Shown here: positions 47,016 to 56,820 of the stretch, piece by piece
Layout of the letters: every line of letters begins with the position of its first letter
Numbering within the stretch: position 1 is the first letter of the stretch
Assembly: GCA_964579635.1 (NCBI GenBank)
Contig: CAZOFV010000004.1
Location: forward strand, 817 to 64,816
From: an uncultured Candidatus Saccharibacteria bacterium
GTDB taxonomy: Bacteria; Patescibacteriota; Minisyncoccia; Phycocordibacterales; VMEP01
Direction of reading: 5' to 3'
DNA: 64,000 nucleotides
The notes under the pieces: model-generated
Database searches by the model: none
What the model saw: the letters and a program-made list of their open reading frames with translations, nothing else
Told to the model about the DNA's origin: nothing
Made by a program: the position numbers and the translations under genes

Positions 47016-49619
47016 CTAACCACGCAAAACTTTTTTCAAATATTTCCCTGTGTGGGATTTCGTACTATTTGCGATATCTTCCGGTGTCCCTTTAGCAACA
47101 AGATTACCACCACCATCTCCTCCTTCGGGTCCAAAATCTAAAACATAATCAGCGCTTTTTATAACATCCATATTATGCTCAATCACGACAACTGTATTAC
47201 CCTTATCAACAAGTTTTTGCAAAATTTCTATAAGCTTACGAACGTCTTCATAATGCAAACCAACGGTCGGTTCATCTAAAAGATAAATCGTTTTTTCAAC
47301 ATGTGGACGGTAAAGTTCTGATGATATTTTTACACGTTGCGCTTCACCACCAGAAAGAGTCGTTGCGGATTGTCCGAGCTCCAAATAACCCAACCCAACA
47401 TCAGAGAGTGTTTTTATTCTGTCGTAAATTGCTGGAATATCTTCAAAAAATGTAAGTGCTTCCTCAACCGTCATTTTTAAAATATCGTGGATATTTTTCT
47501 TTTTGTATTTAACGTGAAGGGTTTCTTTGTCGAATCTTTTACCATTACAAATATCACAAGTTACATAAACTGTAGGTAAAAAGTGCATTTCTACGGCGAT
47601 TTCTCCGTTTCCTTGGCACGCCTCACAACGTCCACCTTTCACGTTAAAAGAGAATCTGTTAGCTTTCCACCCTCGCGTGCGTGCCTCTTCTGTTGAAGCG
47701 AATAATTCGCGAATAAACGTAAATGAACCAGTATAAGTGGCTGGGTTTGACCTTGGTGTTCTCCCGATTGGAGATTGATTAATCATTATCACACGCGAAA
47801 GGTATTCTGTTCCAGTAAAACCAGAGCAGTTATAGATTTTATTACTTCGATAACGACGTTCAAGTCGCGCTTGTAGATTGCGATATAAAATTTCATAAAG
47901 GAAAGACGATTTTCCAGAGCCAGATACCCCTGTCACGATAGAAAGTCTGCCGAGCGGAACGTCAACATTAAGATTTTTTATATTAAAAACTTTTCCTCCA
48001 GCAATTCGAAGAGTTCCCTTGTCTTTATCTCGCCTCCCTTCTGGCACCTCAATTTTTATCTCACCACGAAGATATGCGAGTGTTAAAGATTTAGAATCAT
48101 TTTTCTTGGCAGTTAATAATTCCTCTAGATCGCCGGCAACAACAATATTCCCTCCATGGATTCCAGCACCTGGACCAATATCAACAAGGTAATCTGCAGA
48201 AAAAATAGTGTCTTCATCGTGCTCAACAACAATTATCGTGTTGCCCATATTACGCAAATCTTGAAGTGTTTTTATCAAACGATCATTGTCGCGTTGATGA
48301 AGCCCAATTGTTGGTTCATCAAGAACATATAGCGCCCCCACCAAACGAGAACCAAGCTGTGAGGCAAGTCTAATACGTTGTGCTTCGCCACCAGAAAGTG
48401 TATTAGCGCGACGATTAAGCGTTAGGTAATCAAGACCAACGTCGAGCATGAAAGTAAGTCTTGCTTCAATTTCTTTAAAAACAACGCTGGCAATATTTTT
48501 TTCTTTGGCTGTAAGCTTTAATCCTTTAACGAAATCATTCGCTTTCAAAATTGATAGATCGGTAAAATCAACTATATTCTTGCCGACCCCTTTTGGTCCA
48601 CCGATGTATACATTCAAAGCCTCCGGCCTCAAGCGCGCACCAGCACACGTATCACACGGCTCATCTCCAAACAAATGTTTAGTGCCTAAACCATTACACT
48701 TTGGGCAAGCCCCGTATGGCGAATTAAATGAAAATAATCTCGGTTCAATTTCTGGATAAGAAAATCCATCTTTAGGGCAAGAAAATCTAGCCGACATAAT
48801 AAACTCTTCACCTGAAACCACCCCCGAAACTAGTCCCTCTGATTCTAGAACAGCGCGCTCTATTGCTTCAGCAAGCCTTGTTTCTGCTTGTTTTTGATTA
48901 TCCTTAAATTCAACTACACCAATTTCATCTACAAGAACCTCGATTGTGTGTTTTTTTGTTTTTGAAAGCGCGATTCTCTCGCGAAGATTTTTTAATTCTC
49001 CGTCCACGCGCACTTTTGTATAACCACGAGAAAGAAGGTCGTAAAGCATTTGGTAATATTCCCCTTTTCTTCCACGCACGAGTGGTGAAAAAATCTGTAC
49101 AGTTGCATCACTATATTTAACACCTAAAACTTTTTTCTCTTTAAAATGAGTAGCTGTTTCTATTTTTTCAACAACAAAACTTACAATCTCCTCGGTTGTG
49201 AGTTTTTCAATTTTTTCTCCACAAACTAAGCAGTATGGTTTACCAATACGCGCATAAAGAACACGGAGATAGTCATATATTTCAGTAATAGTCGCGACTG
49301 TCGAACGAGGATTATTTGAGCGAGATTTTTGGTCAATTGAAATTGCAGGTGAAAGTCCAATTATCTCATCAACATCCGGCTTTTGCATTTGATGTAAAAA
49401 TTGTCGAGCATAAGCAGAAAGAGACTCAACATAACGACGTTGCCCTTCGGCAAAAATGGTATCAAAAGCAAGAGATGATTTACCTGAACCAGATAGCCCA
49501 GTAAAAACAACCATCTTATTACGTGGCATTTCAACAGTAACGTTTTTAAGATTATGAGTCCTCGCCCCTTTGACGATTATTTTACTTATCCCGTTTGAAT
49601 TTTCACTTTGTTTTGACAT
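47016..49619 (-). CDS. uvrA: Excinuclease ABC subunit A
   Basis: Two ABC cassettes ([24 protein letters not shown] twice) and zinc fingers. Confidence 0.98.
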   Translation of the reverse strand: MSKQSENSNGISKIIVKGARTHNLKNVTVEMPRNKMVVFTGLSGSGKSSLAFDTIFAEGQRRYVESLSAYARQFLHQMQKPDVDEIIGLSPAISIDQKSRSNNPRSTVATITEIYDYLRVLYARIGKPYCLVCGEKIEKLTTEEIVSFVVEKIETATHFKEKKVLGVKYSDATVQIFSPLVRGRKGEYYQMLYDLLSRGYTKVRVDGELKNLRERIALSKTKKHTIEVLVDEIGVVEFKDNQKQAETRLAEAIERAVLESEGLVSGVVSGEEFIMSARFSCPKDGFSYPEIEPRLFSFNSPYGACPKCNGLGTKHLFGDEPCDTCAGARLRPEALNVYIGGPKGVGKNIVDFTDLSILKANDFVKGLKLTAKEKNIASVVFKEIEARLTFMLDVGLDYLTLNRRANTLSGGEAQRIRLASQLGSRLVGALYVLDEPTIGLHQRDNDRLIKTLQDLRNMGNTIIVVEHDEDTIFSADYLVDIGPGAGIHGGNIVVAGDLEELLTAKKNDSKSLTLAYLRGEIKIEVPEGRRDKDKGTLRIAGGKVFNIKNLNVDVPLGRLSIVTGVSGSGKSSFLYEILYRNLQARLERRYRSNKIYNCSGFTGTEYLSRVIMINQSPIGRTPRSNPATYTGSFTFIRELFASTEEARTRGWKANRFSFNVKGGRCEACQGNGEIAVEMHFLPTVYVTCDICNGKRFDKETLHVKYKKKNIHDILKMTVEEALTFFEDIPAIYDRIKTLSDVGLGYLELGQSATTLSGGEAQRVKISSELYRPHVEKTIYLLDEPTVGLHYEDVRKLIEILQKLVDKGNTVVVIEHNMDVIKSADYVLDFGPEGGDGGGNLVAKGTPEDIANSTKSHTGKYLKKVLRG

Positions 49620-49738
49620 AAAATTTATATGATGGTTTTGTCGAAAAATACCGCTTAAATACTTAAATCTGTGTCCCGAAAATTTCTAATGGGATCAATA
49701 TTTTTGTTTTCGTCTTTTTTCATATAGCAGGTTTTCTT

Positions 49739-49848
49739 GCCCCGTAGTCAGCTATGCCCCGTACTGAACTTGTTCTAGTACCGGGGTCGCTGTACTACTG
49801 GGGTTCATAATGACGCTAAAAACTACCCCGCGACCATTCATAGGGGTA
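49739..49848. repeat. Nested imperfect GC-rich hairpins upstream of uvrA
   Basis: gccccgtagt-cagc..ccccgtactgaac-tt-gttctagtaccgggg..gctg-actactggggt; also tacccc..ggggta. Confidence 0.6.
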
Positions 49849-49885
49849 TATATGAGTGAACTATATATGAATAAGATGTAAAAAA

Positions 49886-49908
49886 CAAAGCCCCGAGAAG
49901 GGGCTTTG
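49886..49908 (-). terminator. Intrinsic terminator of orphan ORF 49931-50608
   Basis: caaagcccc-gagaa-ggggctttg preceded by an A-tract (U-tract on minus strand). Confidence 0.75.
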
Positions 49909-49930
49909 GCATTGCAACAACGAGAGAGAG

Positions 49931-50608
49931 CTACGGTCGAAGCCGGAGAAAAACGAGGCTACCAGCACGCCACCTGCCCGCCAGGGACACCTCTTCGGGG
50001 AGATATTCGTTTGTTTCCCACTCGTCAAAACCAGCTGTCTTCCAGTGGGCGCCAAAGATGAAAACTTCATCACTACCACCTCGAACGTGGAAGATGTTTG
50101 CTCTCCCGTTTATGGTAAGCGGTCCATCGTTCCCGTCAACCTGATTCTCAACAAGGACCGCAAAGTGGTACCACTCGGCAAGATCGTAGTCCTTGAGTTT
50201 TTCAACAATGTCTGACTCGTGAACATTGCGCATGAGACGAAAAACCTCAAAACTGGCCTCCGGCGCCGAATCAATTGCGCTAACAGACGGCAATATCCGG
50301 AAATCACAGCCGGCAGAATTTTTGAAAAACTCCTTCGGGTCCATGCGTTTCGTTATCGCCGGAACCGTTACTTCCGTAACGTAAATGAAATCCGCATCCA
50401 CCGGAATCGTTTTAGCGCTTCCGTTGTATAACATGTTGATTGCTTCGGCGACAGCGAGAGAGAGACGCTCCCCCTGGCTTGTGTGGTTAAGGATAACTTT
50501 CGGATCAAGACCTGTCAGTTTTATCGCCTTCGGCAAAGCGGGGCCAATTCCGCTCCCCAAAGTAGCAAATTGCCCGTTGGTACAAGAGGGTGTTCCATGA
50601 GAATCCAT
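49931..50608 (-). CDS. Orphan hypothetical protein (visibly more GC-rich) between uvrB and uvrA
   Basis: 225-aa ORF; SD GAAAGGA; Trp-rich C-terminus NGRANIF..W..W..W.AG..VF. Confidence 0.7.
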   Translation of the reverse strand: MDSHGTPSCTNGQFATLGSGIGPALPKAIKLTGLDPKVILNHTSQGERLSLAVAEAINMLYNGSAKTIPVDADFIYVTEVTVPAITKRMDPKEFFKNSAGCDFRILPSVSAIDSAPEASFEVFRLMRNVHESDIVEKLKDYDLAEWYHFAVLVENQVDGNDGPLTINGRANIFHVRGGSDEVFIFGAHWKTAGFDEWETNEYLPEEVSLAGRWRAGSLVFLRLRP

Positions 50609-50657
50609 GGCTGTTCCTTTCGTGTAATTAATGCTGGAGGGTTCTTTCGTTGTGAAA

Positions 50658-50722
50658 GTTTACCACAGCTGGAAATGACTAGAACTATTTAGTAGATAGA
50701 GGCGCTTCCAGCTGTGGTAAAC
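50658..50722. repeat. Perfect 17-bp inverted repeat in the 5' leader of the orphan gene
   Basis: gtttaccacagctggaa (50658-50674) / ttccagctgtggtaaac (50706-50722). Confidence 0.85.
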
Positions 50723-50748
50723 AAGTAAGTAAAAGAACTAATTTCCTA

Positions 50749-50777
50749 CTTATACATCAGCATAAATTTCTTTGCAA
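50749..50777 (-). promoter_or_regulatory. Putative sigma70 promoter
   Basis: TTGCAA-17-TATAAG on the minus strand. Confidence 0.5.
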
Positions 50778-50787
50778 TTCTTCCTTA

Positions 50788-52812
50788 TTATTCCCCTTTC
50801 TCTTCAAATTTTTTCTTAAGTAGTAATATCTCATCACGTAGAATTGCAGCGGCCTCGAAATCTAATTCTTTCACCGCAATACTCATTTCTTTTTCTTTTA
50901 ATTTAATAAGTTTCTTAGGATTTTTCTGAAAGATTTGTTCGTCTATACTTAAATTAAATCTAACAGACTTATCATGGTTGCTTTCCAAGTGTTCGGCAAT
51001 GTCGTGAATTTTCTTTTTTATTGTTGTTGGAGTAATGCCATGTTCTTTGTTGTAGGTAACTTGAATAACTCTACGGCGATTAGTTTCTCCAATAGCTTTC
51101 TTCATTGAGTCGGTTTCTACGTCGGCATAAAGAGTTACTCGTCCGGCAGAATTTCTAGCAGCACGTCCGATAGTTTGAATCAAAGAAACAGCTGAACGCA
51201 AAAATCCTTCTTTGTCGGCGTCTAAGATGCCGATAAAAGAAACTTCCGGTAAGTCCAAACCTTCACGTAGTAAGTTGACCCCAACCAAACAATCAAAAGT
51301 TCCACGACGAAATTCTGATAATATTTTAATTCGGTCGATTGTTTTAATGTCGCTATGTAAATATTCCGCCTTAATCCCTTGATCTTTTAGATACGTACTT
51401 AATTCTTCTGCCATTTTTTTAGTCAAAGTTGTTGCAATAGAACGCTCTCCTTTTGCAGTCACCTTCTTTGTTTCGGTCATAAAATCTTCAATCTGACCAC
51501 CATATACACCTTTTGCAGAAATTGGCCTTATTGTAATTTCAGGGTCAACCAACCCAGTTGGACGAATAATCTGCTCAACAATTTGTTCGCTTGTCGTCAT
51601 CTCAAGCTCACTCGGTGTTGCTGACGTATAAATCACTTCTCCTATACGTTCTTCAAATTCCTTAAAATTCAAAGGACGATTATCAACGGCAGACGGTAAG
51701 CGAAATCCGTGCTCAACAAGTGTTTTCTTTCGAGAAAAGTCCCCCGCCTGCATTCCGCGCAATTGTGGCAATGTCACATGAGATTCATCTATGATGGTCA
51801 AAAAATCTGGTTTCCCTTCTTTTGTTTTTGGAAAATAAGAAAGTAGTGTATCCGGCGCTGCCCCAGCTGGTCTTCCTGAAAGTGGCCTTGAATAGTTCTC
51901 AATTCCAGAACAATATCCAACCTCGCGAATCATCGCCATATCATAATTCGTTCGGCGCTTTAACCTATCTGCTTCAAGCAACTTTCCCTCTTTTTCAAAT
52001 TTTTTTAAAGTATCGGCTAATTCTTTTTTTATAATTTTTATTGCCCGTTCGCGCTGTGATTTTTCTGTAAGAAAATGTTTTGCCGGAAAAAGAAAAACAC
52101 TTTTTTCTTCACCAAGAATTTTTTGTGACACTGGATCAACAACAATAATATTTGATATTTTCCCATCATTAATATCAACATTCAAAACATATCTCTCAGA
52201 AACTGGCATTATTTCAACGCGCGAACCAATACTCCTAAATTCTCCAGGATTTATATCTGCATTTGTTCTTTCAAAGTGAATACTTATAAGACGCTTAATT
52301 AATTCTTGACGATTAGTGGAATCACCAACTTTAATTTCAAAATTCTCCTTACGATATTCTTCTGGGCTACCCAAACCATAAATACACGAGACAGAAGCAA
52401 CAATTATCACGTCGCGACGCGACATTAACGCCTGAGTGGAAGCATGCCTTAATCGATCTATCTCTTCGTTAATCTGAGCATCCTTTTCAATATATGTGTC
52501 TGTCACGGGCATATAAGCCTCTGGTTGATAGTAGTCGTAATAAGAAACAAAATAATGTACCGCATTCTCTGGGAAAAATTCTTTATACTCTTGCGCCAAC
52601 TGAGCAACCAGAGTTTTGTTGTGAGCAATCACAAGAGTTGGCTTACCCTCATTTGCAATTATGTTTGCCATCGTGAAGGTTTTTCCGGAGCCAGTCACAC
52701 CAAGCAAGGTCTGCTTCTTAAAGCCTTTTTTGAGACCCTTTGTAAGCGCAGAAATAGCCTTCGGCTGATCTCCGGCTGGAGTAAAATGTTTTGATAGTTT
52801 AAAAACTGACAT
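50788..52812 (-). CDS. uvrB: Excinuclease ABC subunit B
   Basis: GVTGSGKT, YFVSYYDYYQPEAY, DESH, QTIGRAARN, C-terminal UVR. Confidence 0.98.
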   Translation of the reverse strand: MSVFKLSKHFTPAGDQPKAISALTKGLKKGFKKQTLLGVTGSGKTFTMANIIANEGKPTLVIAHNKTLVAQLAQEYKEFFPENAVHYFVSYYDYYQPEAYMPVTDTYIEKDAQINEEIDRLRHASTQALMSRRDVIIVASVSCIYGLGSPEEYRKENFEIKVGDSTNRQELIKRLISIHFERTNADINPGEFRSIGSRVEIMPVSERYVLNVDINDGKISNIIVVDPVSQKILGEEKSVFLFPAKHFLTEKSQRERAIKIIKKELADTLKKFEKEGKLLEADRLKRRTNYDMAMIREVGYCSGIENYSRPLSGRPAGAAPDTLLSYFPKTKEGKPDFLTIIDESHVTLPQLRGMQAGDFSRKKTLVEHGFRLPSAVDNRPLNFKEFEERIGEVIYTSATPSELEMTTSEQIVEQIIRPTGLVDPEITIRPISAKGVYGGQIEDFMTETKKVTAKGERSIATTLTKKMAEELSTYLKDQGIKAEYLHSDIKTIDRIKILSEFRRGTFDCLVGVNLLREGLDLPEVSFIGILDADKEGFLRSAVSLIQTIGRAARNSAGRVTLYADVETDSMKKAIGETNRRRVIQVTYNKEHGITPTTIKKKIHDIAEHLESNHDKSVRFNLSIDEQIFQKNPKKLIKLKEKEMSIAVKELDFEAAAILRDEILLLKKKFEEKGE

Positions 52813-52851
52813 GTGTAAAATGAATAATACTGTAGTGAGATAAAAAGGAAA

Positions 52852-52872
52852 GCCGTCGATATTTTCGACGGC
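52852..52872 (-). terminator. Terminator-like hairpin after orphan ORF 52906-53259
   Basis: gccgtcga-tattt-tcgacggc, followed on minus strand by TTTCCTTTTT. Confidence 0.65.
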
Positions 52873-52905
52873 AGACCGACAACGGGTTAAAGTAGGCCAA
52901 ATAGC

Positions 52906-53259
52906 TTAATCCCGAACGAGCGTAGTAATTAATTTTTGGAAGGGCCTATCCTTTGCTGATAGCGCAACATAGCCGACCAAAACATACGCAATGTGGGTAA
53001 ACAGAAATGATAAAAAACTCTGCGTCGTCATCATAATAATTAGACCTAAAGAAAAAGAAACAACAACGCTTAGTTTGGAAAAAGATTTTATCGGCAGCTT
53101 CCTTATCGGATTAAACCAAAGAACCGAAAGGAGAGAGTACGTGTAAAGAAACCTTACCCCATCTCCATCCGCCCAAAAAGTCGAAATGACGACAATCACG
53201 AGATGGGCTATCGTTTGAAAAACAACGGCAGACCACCACGTAAAACATAAGCGTGACAT
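52906..53259 (-). CDS. Orphan hydrophobic (about 4 TM) protein
   Basis: 117-aa ORF; SD-like AGGGGG; terminator downstream. Confidence 0.55.
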   Translation of the reverse strand: MSRLCFTWWSAVVFQTIAHLVIVVISTFWADGDGVRFLYTYSLLSVLWFNPIRKLPIKSFSKLSVVVSFSLGLIIMMTTQSFLSFLFTHIAYVLVGYVALSAKDRPFQKLITTLVRD

Positions 53260-53312
53260 AACTTCCCCCTATCTATTAGAAAACCTTTTGAAAGAATACA
53301 ATAAAAACATGT

Positions 53313-54518
53313 TTACGTCAATTGACGATATCGCCCTAAAAACTCTTCTTTAAATTGCGGAAAGTTACCATCTAAAATTGATTGTCTAATTTTCTTTACC
53401 AAATTAACTATGAAGTAAAGATTATGGATTGAACCCAATGTTGGCCCCAACATTTCTTTTGCCCTAAAAAGGTGTGCTATGTAGGCCTTACTAAAATTTT
53501 TACAAGCATAGCAACCGCAATCTTTTTCAACAGGACTCAAATCTTCTCTAAACTTAGAGTTTTGTATTATTATCCTTCCTTCGTTTGTATAAAAATTACC
53601 ATTTCTCCCCTGGCGTGTCGGGGCGACACAATCAAATGTATCGCATCCATTTTCTACCCCTAAAAATAAATCTTCTGGTTCTCCCACCCCAAGTAAATGT
53701 CTTGGCTTATCTTCTGGCAAGATTTCATTAACCCACCTTACGGCTGTTGCCATGTCCTCTTTAACAAATGACCCGCCAATACCAAAGCCATCAAAAGTTT
53801 TACCGTTTACATCAAGGCCAGCGAGAACTCTAGCGCTTTCTTTTCTTAAATCTTCAAAACGCCCACCTTGAACCACCCCAAATAATGCTTGATCATTTTT
53901 ACTGTGCGACTCTAAACACCTTTTTGCCCAGCGGTGCGTTCTTTCCATAGCTTGCATTTGATATTCTTTAGGTGCCATTGGCGAAGTACACTCGTCAAAA
54001 GCAAAAATAATATCAGCTCCCAAGTTTTGTTGTATCTCCATAGAACGCTCTGGTGTAAAGCGGTGCTCACTGCCATTCATAAAAGACCTGAATGTTACAC
54101 CTTCTTCGTCTATTTGTGCGAGCTTACCACCAAAGTTCCCCTCATCGGTATATTCTGCAATTTCTTCCCCTGTGGCAATTTTACCAACACTTTTCCCCAT
54201 GGCAGCACCTAAAGAAAAAACCTGAAAACCACCAGAATCGGTAAAGGTGGGTCCTTCCCAATTCATAAATTTACCCAAACCACCAGAATTTTTTACAAGC
54301 TCATCACCAGGCTCAAGATAAAGATGATATGTATTTGCTAAAACAGCCTGCCCGCCCAAACCCAAAACTTGTTCAGTCGTGAGAGACTTCACACTCCCCT
54401 TGGTACCAACCACAATAAAAGCCGGAGTTTCAAGCACTCCATGGGGGGTAATTATTGTTCCAGCTCTACCTAGTGTTTCTGGTACTTTTTTATCAATAGT
54501 AAATTTAATTGGCTTCAT
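53313..54518 (-). CDS. tgt: tRNA-guanine transglycosylase
   Basis: NTYHL, TDSGGFQVFSL, FDEC, VQGG, Zn site C.CYAC...HNL. Confidence 0.96.
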   Translation of the reverse strand: MKPIKFTIDKKVPETLGRAGTIITPHGVLETPAFIVVGTKGSVKSLTTEQVLGLGGQAVLANTYHLYLEPGDELVKNSGGLGKFMNWEGPTFTDSGGFQVFSLGAAMGKSVGKIATGEEIAEYTDEGNFGGKLAQIDEEGVTFRSFMNGSEHRFTPERSMEIQQNLGADIIFAFDECTSPMAPKEYQMQAMERTHRWAKRCLESHSKNDQALFGVVQGGRFEDLRKESARVLAGLDVNGKTFDGFGIGGSFVKEDMATAVRWVNEILPEDKPRHLLGVGEPEDLFLGVENGCDTFDCVAPTRQGRNGNFYTNEGRIIIQNSKFREDLSPVEKDCGCYACKNFSKAYIAHLFRAKEMLGPTLGSIHNLYFIVNLVKKIRQSILDGNFPQFKEEFLGRYRQLT

Positions 54519-54558
54519 ATGTTTAGCCTATGCACTCTGCCAAAAATTTTCAATTCGG

Positions 54559-55377
54559 TCAAAAAATAAACCTTCTTTTAATAAAGCGTAAAAATAAAAA
54601 TATAACGACAAAAGAAATTGTATAAAAAATAATTGAGTTACCAAGAATTAATCCGATTATTGTTAAAATAAAAATATAAACATAATCTAGTGGTTTTTTG
54701 ACCATAGACCAAACATCAGTTTTTCCTTCATTGTTTTTTATCTTCTCATCTAACTTTTCTATATCTTTGCGGACGTCAACCGAGGTGTTATCAGTCCATG
54801 TTTTTATACTAGTTCTTATTGGCTCAACCTTACCAAAAAATGACTGGGTAGTTTCAGTAACTGGCTCTGGTAAATTTTCTACAGCATACTCTTTTGCAAA
54901 ATTAACTTTCTCGTTAATAATTTGCTGAGCTGTAGTAGTCGGACTAGTTGATTTTATTGGTGCGCCAATAAAATGTTCACTTTCTTCGGTTTTCGCATAC
55001 TCAAGAGTTGCTCCGTTCGTTCCTATTTTAGAGGTCCCAACAACAGCGTAAACCTTATGATAACCATCTGATATTTTCCAGTCAGCAGAAGCAATTTTTG
55101 TCCCTAAAGACGAAAGGGAGAAAGCTACTCTTGCTATAACATCAGCATTATCATAAAAAACAACTTCCCCTGTTATGGTTTCTTTCCCGCCATTCCAAAG
55201 AATTGTATAAACCTTAACTGTGTCTCCTGGAGTAAAATCATTCTGTGAAAACCAAATGTTTCCAGGAGCAAATCCGGCATTTTTAATAACAGTATCCTCT
55301 GCAAAAGATAAGGATGGAATAAAAATAAAAACCAGTATCGTGATTATGGTAATAATATTTATTCTTTTTATCTCCAT
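54559..55377 (-). CDS. Secreted Ig-like (CARDB-like) protein with C-terminal membrane anchor
   Basis: Signal peptide ending SFA; IWFS..GDTVKVYTILWN; C-terminal hydrophobic helices followed by KRR. Confidence 0.6.
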   Translation of the reverse strand: MEIKRINIITIITILVFIFIPSLSFAEDTVIKNAGFAPGNIWFSQNDFTPGDTVKVYTILWNGGKETITGEVVFYDNADVIARVAFSLSSLGTKIASADWKISDGYHKVYAVVGTSKIGTNGATLEYAKTEESEHFIGAPIKSTSPTTTAQQIINEKVNFAKEYAVENLPEPVTETTQSFFGKVEPIRTSIKTWTDNTSVDVRKDIEKLDEKIKNNEGKTDVWSMVKKPLDYVYIFILTIIGLILGNSIIFYTISFVVIFLFLRFIKRRFIF

Positions 55378-55383
55378 AAAAAC

Positions 55384-56112
55384 TTAGTGTAGAAAAATTG
55401 TCGCAATAAACATCAATGCAACGCCTGTAATCGTCGCTAATACTGCACGACCAGACGGCCTTTGACTATGCGCTTCTGGTAAAACTTCCGATGCTCCGAT
55501 GTAAAGAAAGAATCCAGCAAAAAACCCTAGATAAATAAGTAAAATTTCTTCCGGAACAGTAAAGAATAAGGTAGAAAGTCCACCCAAGACTGGAGCAAAC
55601 GCCACTATCCCTAAAAACATAAAAACTTTTTTTGTTGTGTTTTTATGCTGAAGCATAAGTGTTACGGTATTTAATCCATCAGAAAATGCGTGAGAAATCA
55701 CTCCTAAGGAAACGAGCATCCCCAAAGCGGGTGATACTTGGAACCCTAAGCCAATACCAACACCGTCTAAAAATGAGTGGGCGGCAAGCGCTAAAGCAGA
55801 AACAATTCCTACTGTTGGGTGTGTGTGGGGGCCATAATGATCTTCATTTGAGTGGTGAATCAAAACAGCTTTTTCAAGTATGTGAAAAATGAAAAATCCA
55901 GCAATAAGCGCAACCATTGGAACCAACGGGTCAACGGAAAGGTCTGCTGTCATCTCCATAATCTCTGGCATCAAATCAAAAGCTACAACAGAAAGAAGAA
56001 TACCTGCTGTAAACCCCAAGACTATATGCAAATGGTCACGATATTTAAAAGCAATTAAACCACCAAGAAACGACGAAACGAGGGTCAACAAAATAAATAT
56101 AATTACGGACAT
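55384..56112 (-). CDS. ZIP family metal transporter
   Basis: GFTAGILL...DLMPE, His-rich loop, HSFLDG, HAFSDG, EVLPEAH. Confidence 0.92.
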   Translation of the reverse strand: MSVIIFILLTLVSSFLGGLIAFKYRDHLHIVLGFTAGILLSVVAFDLMPEIMEMTADLSVDPLVPMVALIAGFFIFHILEKAVLIHHSNEDHYGPHTHPTVGIVSALALAAHSFLDGVGIGLGFQVSPALGMLVSLGVISHAFSDGLNTVTLMLQHKNTTKKVFMFLGIVAFAPVLGGLSTLFFTVPEEILLIYLGFFAGFFLYIGASEVLPEAHSQRPSGRAVLATITGVALMFIATIFLH

Positions 56113-56138
56113 AGTTTATATATTATAACACGTATAAA

Positions 56139-56723
56139 TTAAGCGTTAAATAAATCTTTTTCTTCGCTCTTTAGCAACTCAATTAATTCTTCAAAATATT
56201 TTTTTACCTCCGGAGAAACAGCAACCTTATCTTTTTTATGATCAAGAAGCATCTGAAGCCCGACCTTATTCATTTTCCAAGAACGGCCATTATCAGTATA
56301 GATATTTATCATTGGTTGTATTTTATCTAACGCATAGACAAACCTGCTCTCCTTATCTTCCCTTTTTTCGTATTTTTCAATTAGTGTATGCAAATCTTCA
56401 AATTCAGAAAAATCTTCTTTAATTTTTTCTGCCGCCTCTTTTTCTCTTTTTTCCTTACTTTCTAAGTGAGTTTTTTCAGAAGAATATATATAGGTATCAC
56501 CTGCATGAACTTCGACAAAATCGTGCACCAACGCATACTTAATGACTAAATTAATATCTAAATCTAATTTATTAACGTTTACTATATACCAAGCAAGCAT
56601 CGCCATGTAATAACTATGCTCTACATCATTTTCGTTTCTTTCTTTTTCATTAACTAAAACAACCCGCTCAACAGAGCGAAATTTGTTTAAAAGTTTTGTA
56701 AAATTAATTATTTTACTAAGCAT
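56139..56723 (-). CDS. HD-domain hydrolase (YfbR/HDDC2-like 5'-deoxynucleotidase)
   Basis: ENDVEHS, VHDFVEVHAGD, ALDKIQP. Confidence 0.88.
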   Translation of the reverse strand: MLSKIINFTKLLNKFRSVERVVLVNEKERNENDVEHSYYMAMLAWYIVNVNKLDLDINLVIKYALVHDFVEVHAGDTYIYSSEKTHLESKEKREKEAAEKIKEDFSEFEDLHTLIEKYEKREDKESRFVYALDKIQPMINIYTDNGRSWKMNKVGLQMLLDHKKDKVAVSPEVKKYFEELIELLKSEEKDLFNA

Positions 56724-56728
56724 ATGAG

Positions 56729-56799
56729 TCGGGGTACAGGGAATCGAACCCTGTCTTCACGCACCCGAAACGTGCGTACTACCGGTATACTATACCCCG
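56729..56799 (-). tRNA. tRNA-Pro(CGG), CCA not encoded
   Basis: CGGGGTA/TACCCCG acceptor stem; anticodon arm CACGT-TTCGGGT-GCGTG; T arm CAGGG-TTCGATT-CCCTG. Confidence 0.93.
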
Positions 56800-56820
56800 A
56801 AAAAACTAAGTCTAACATCT

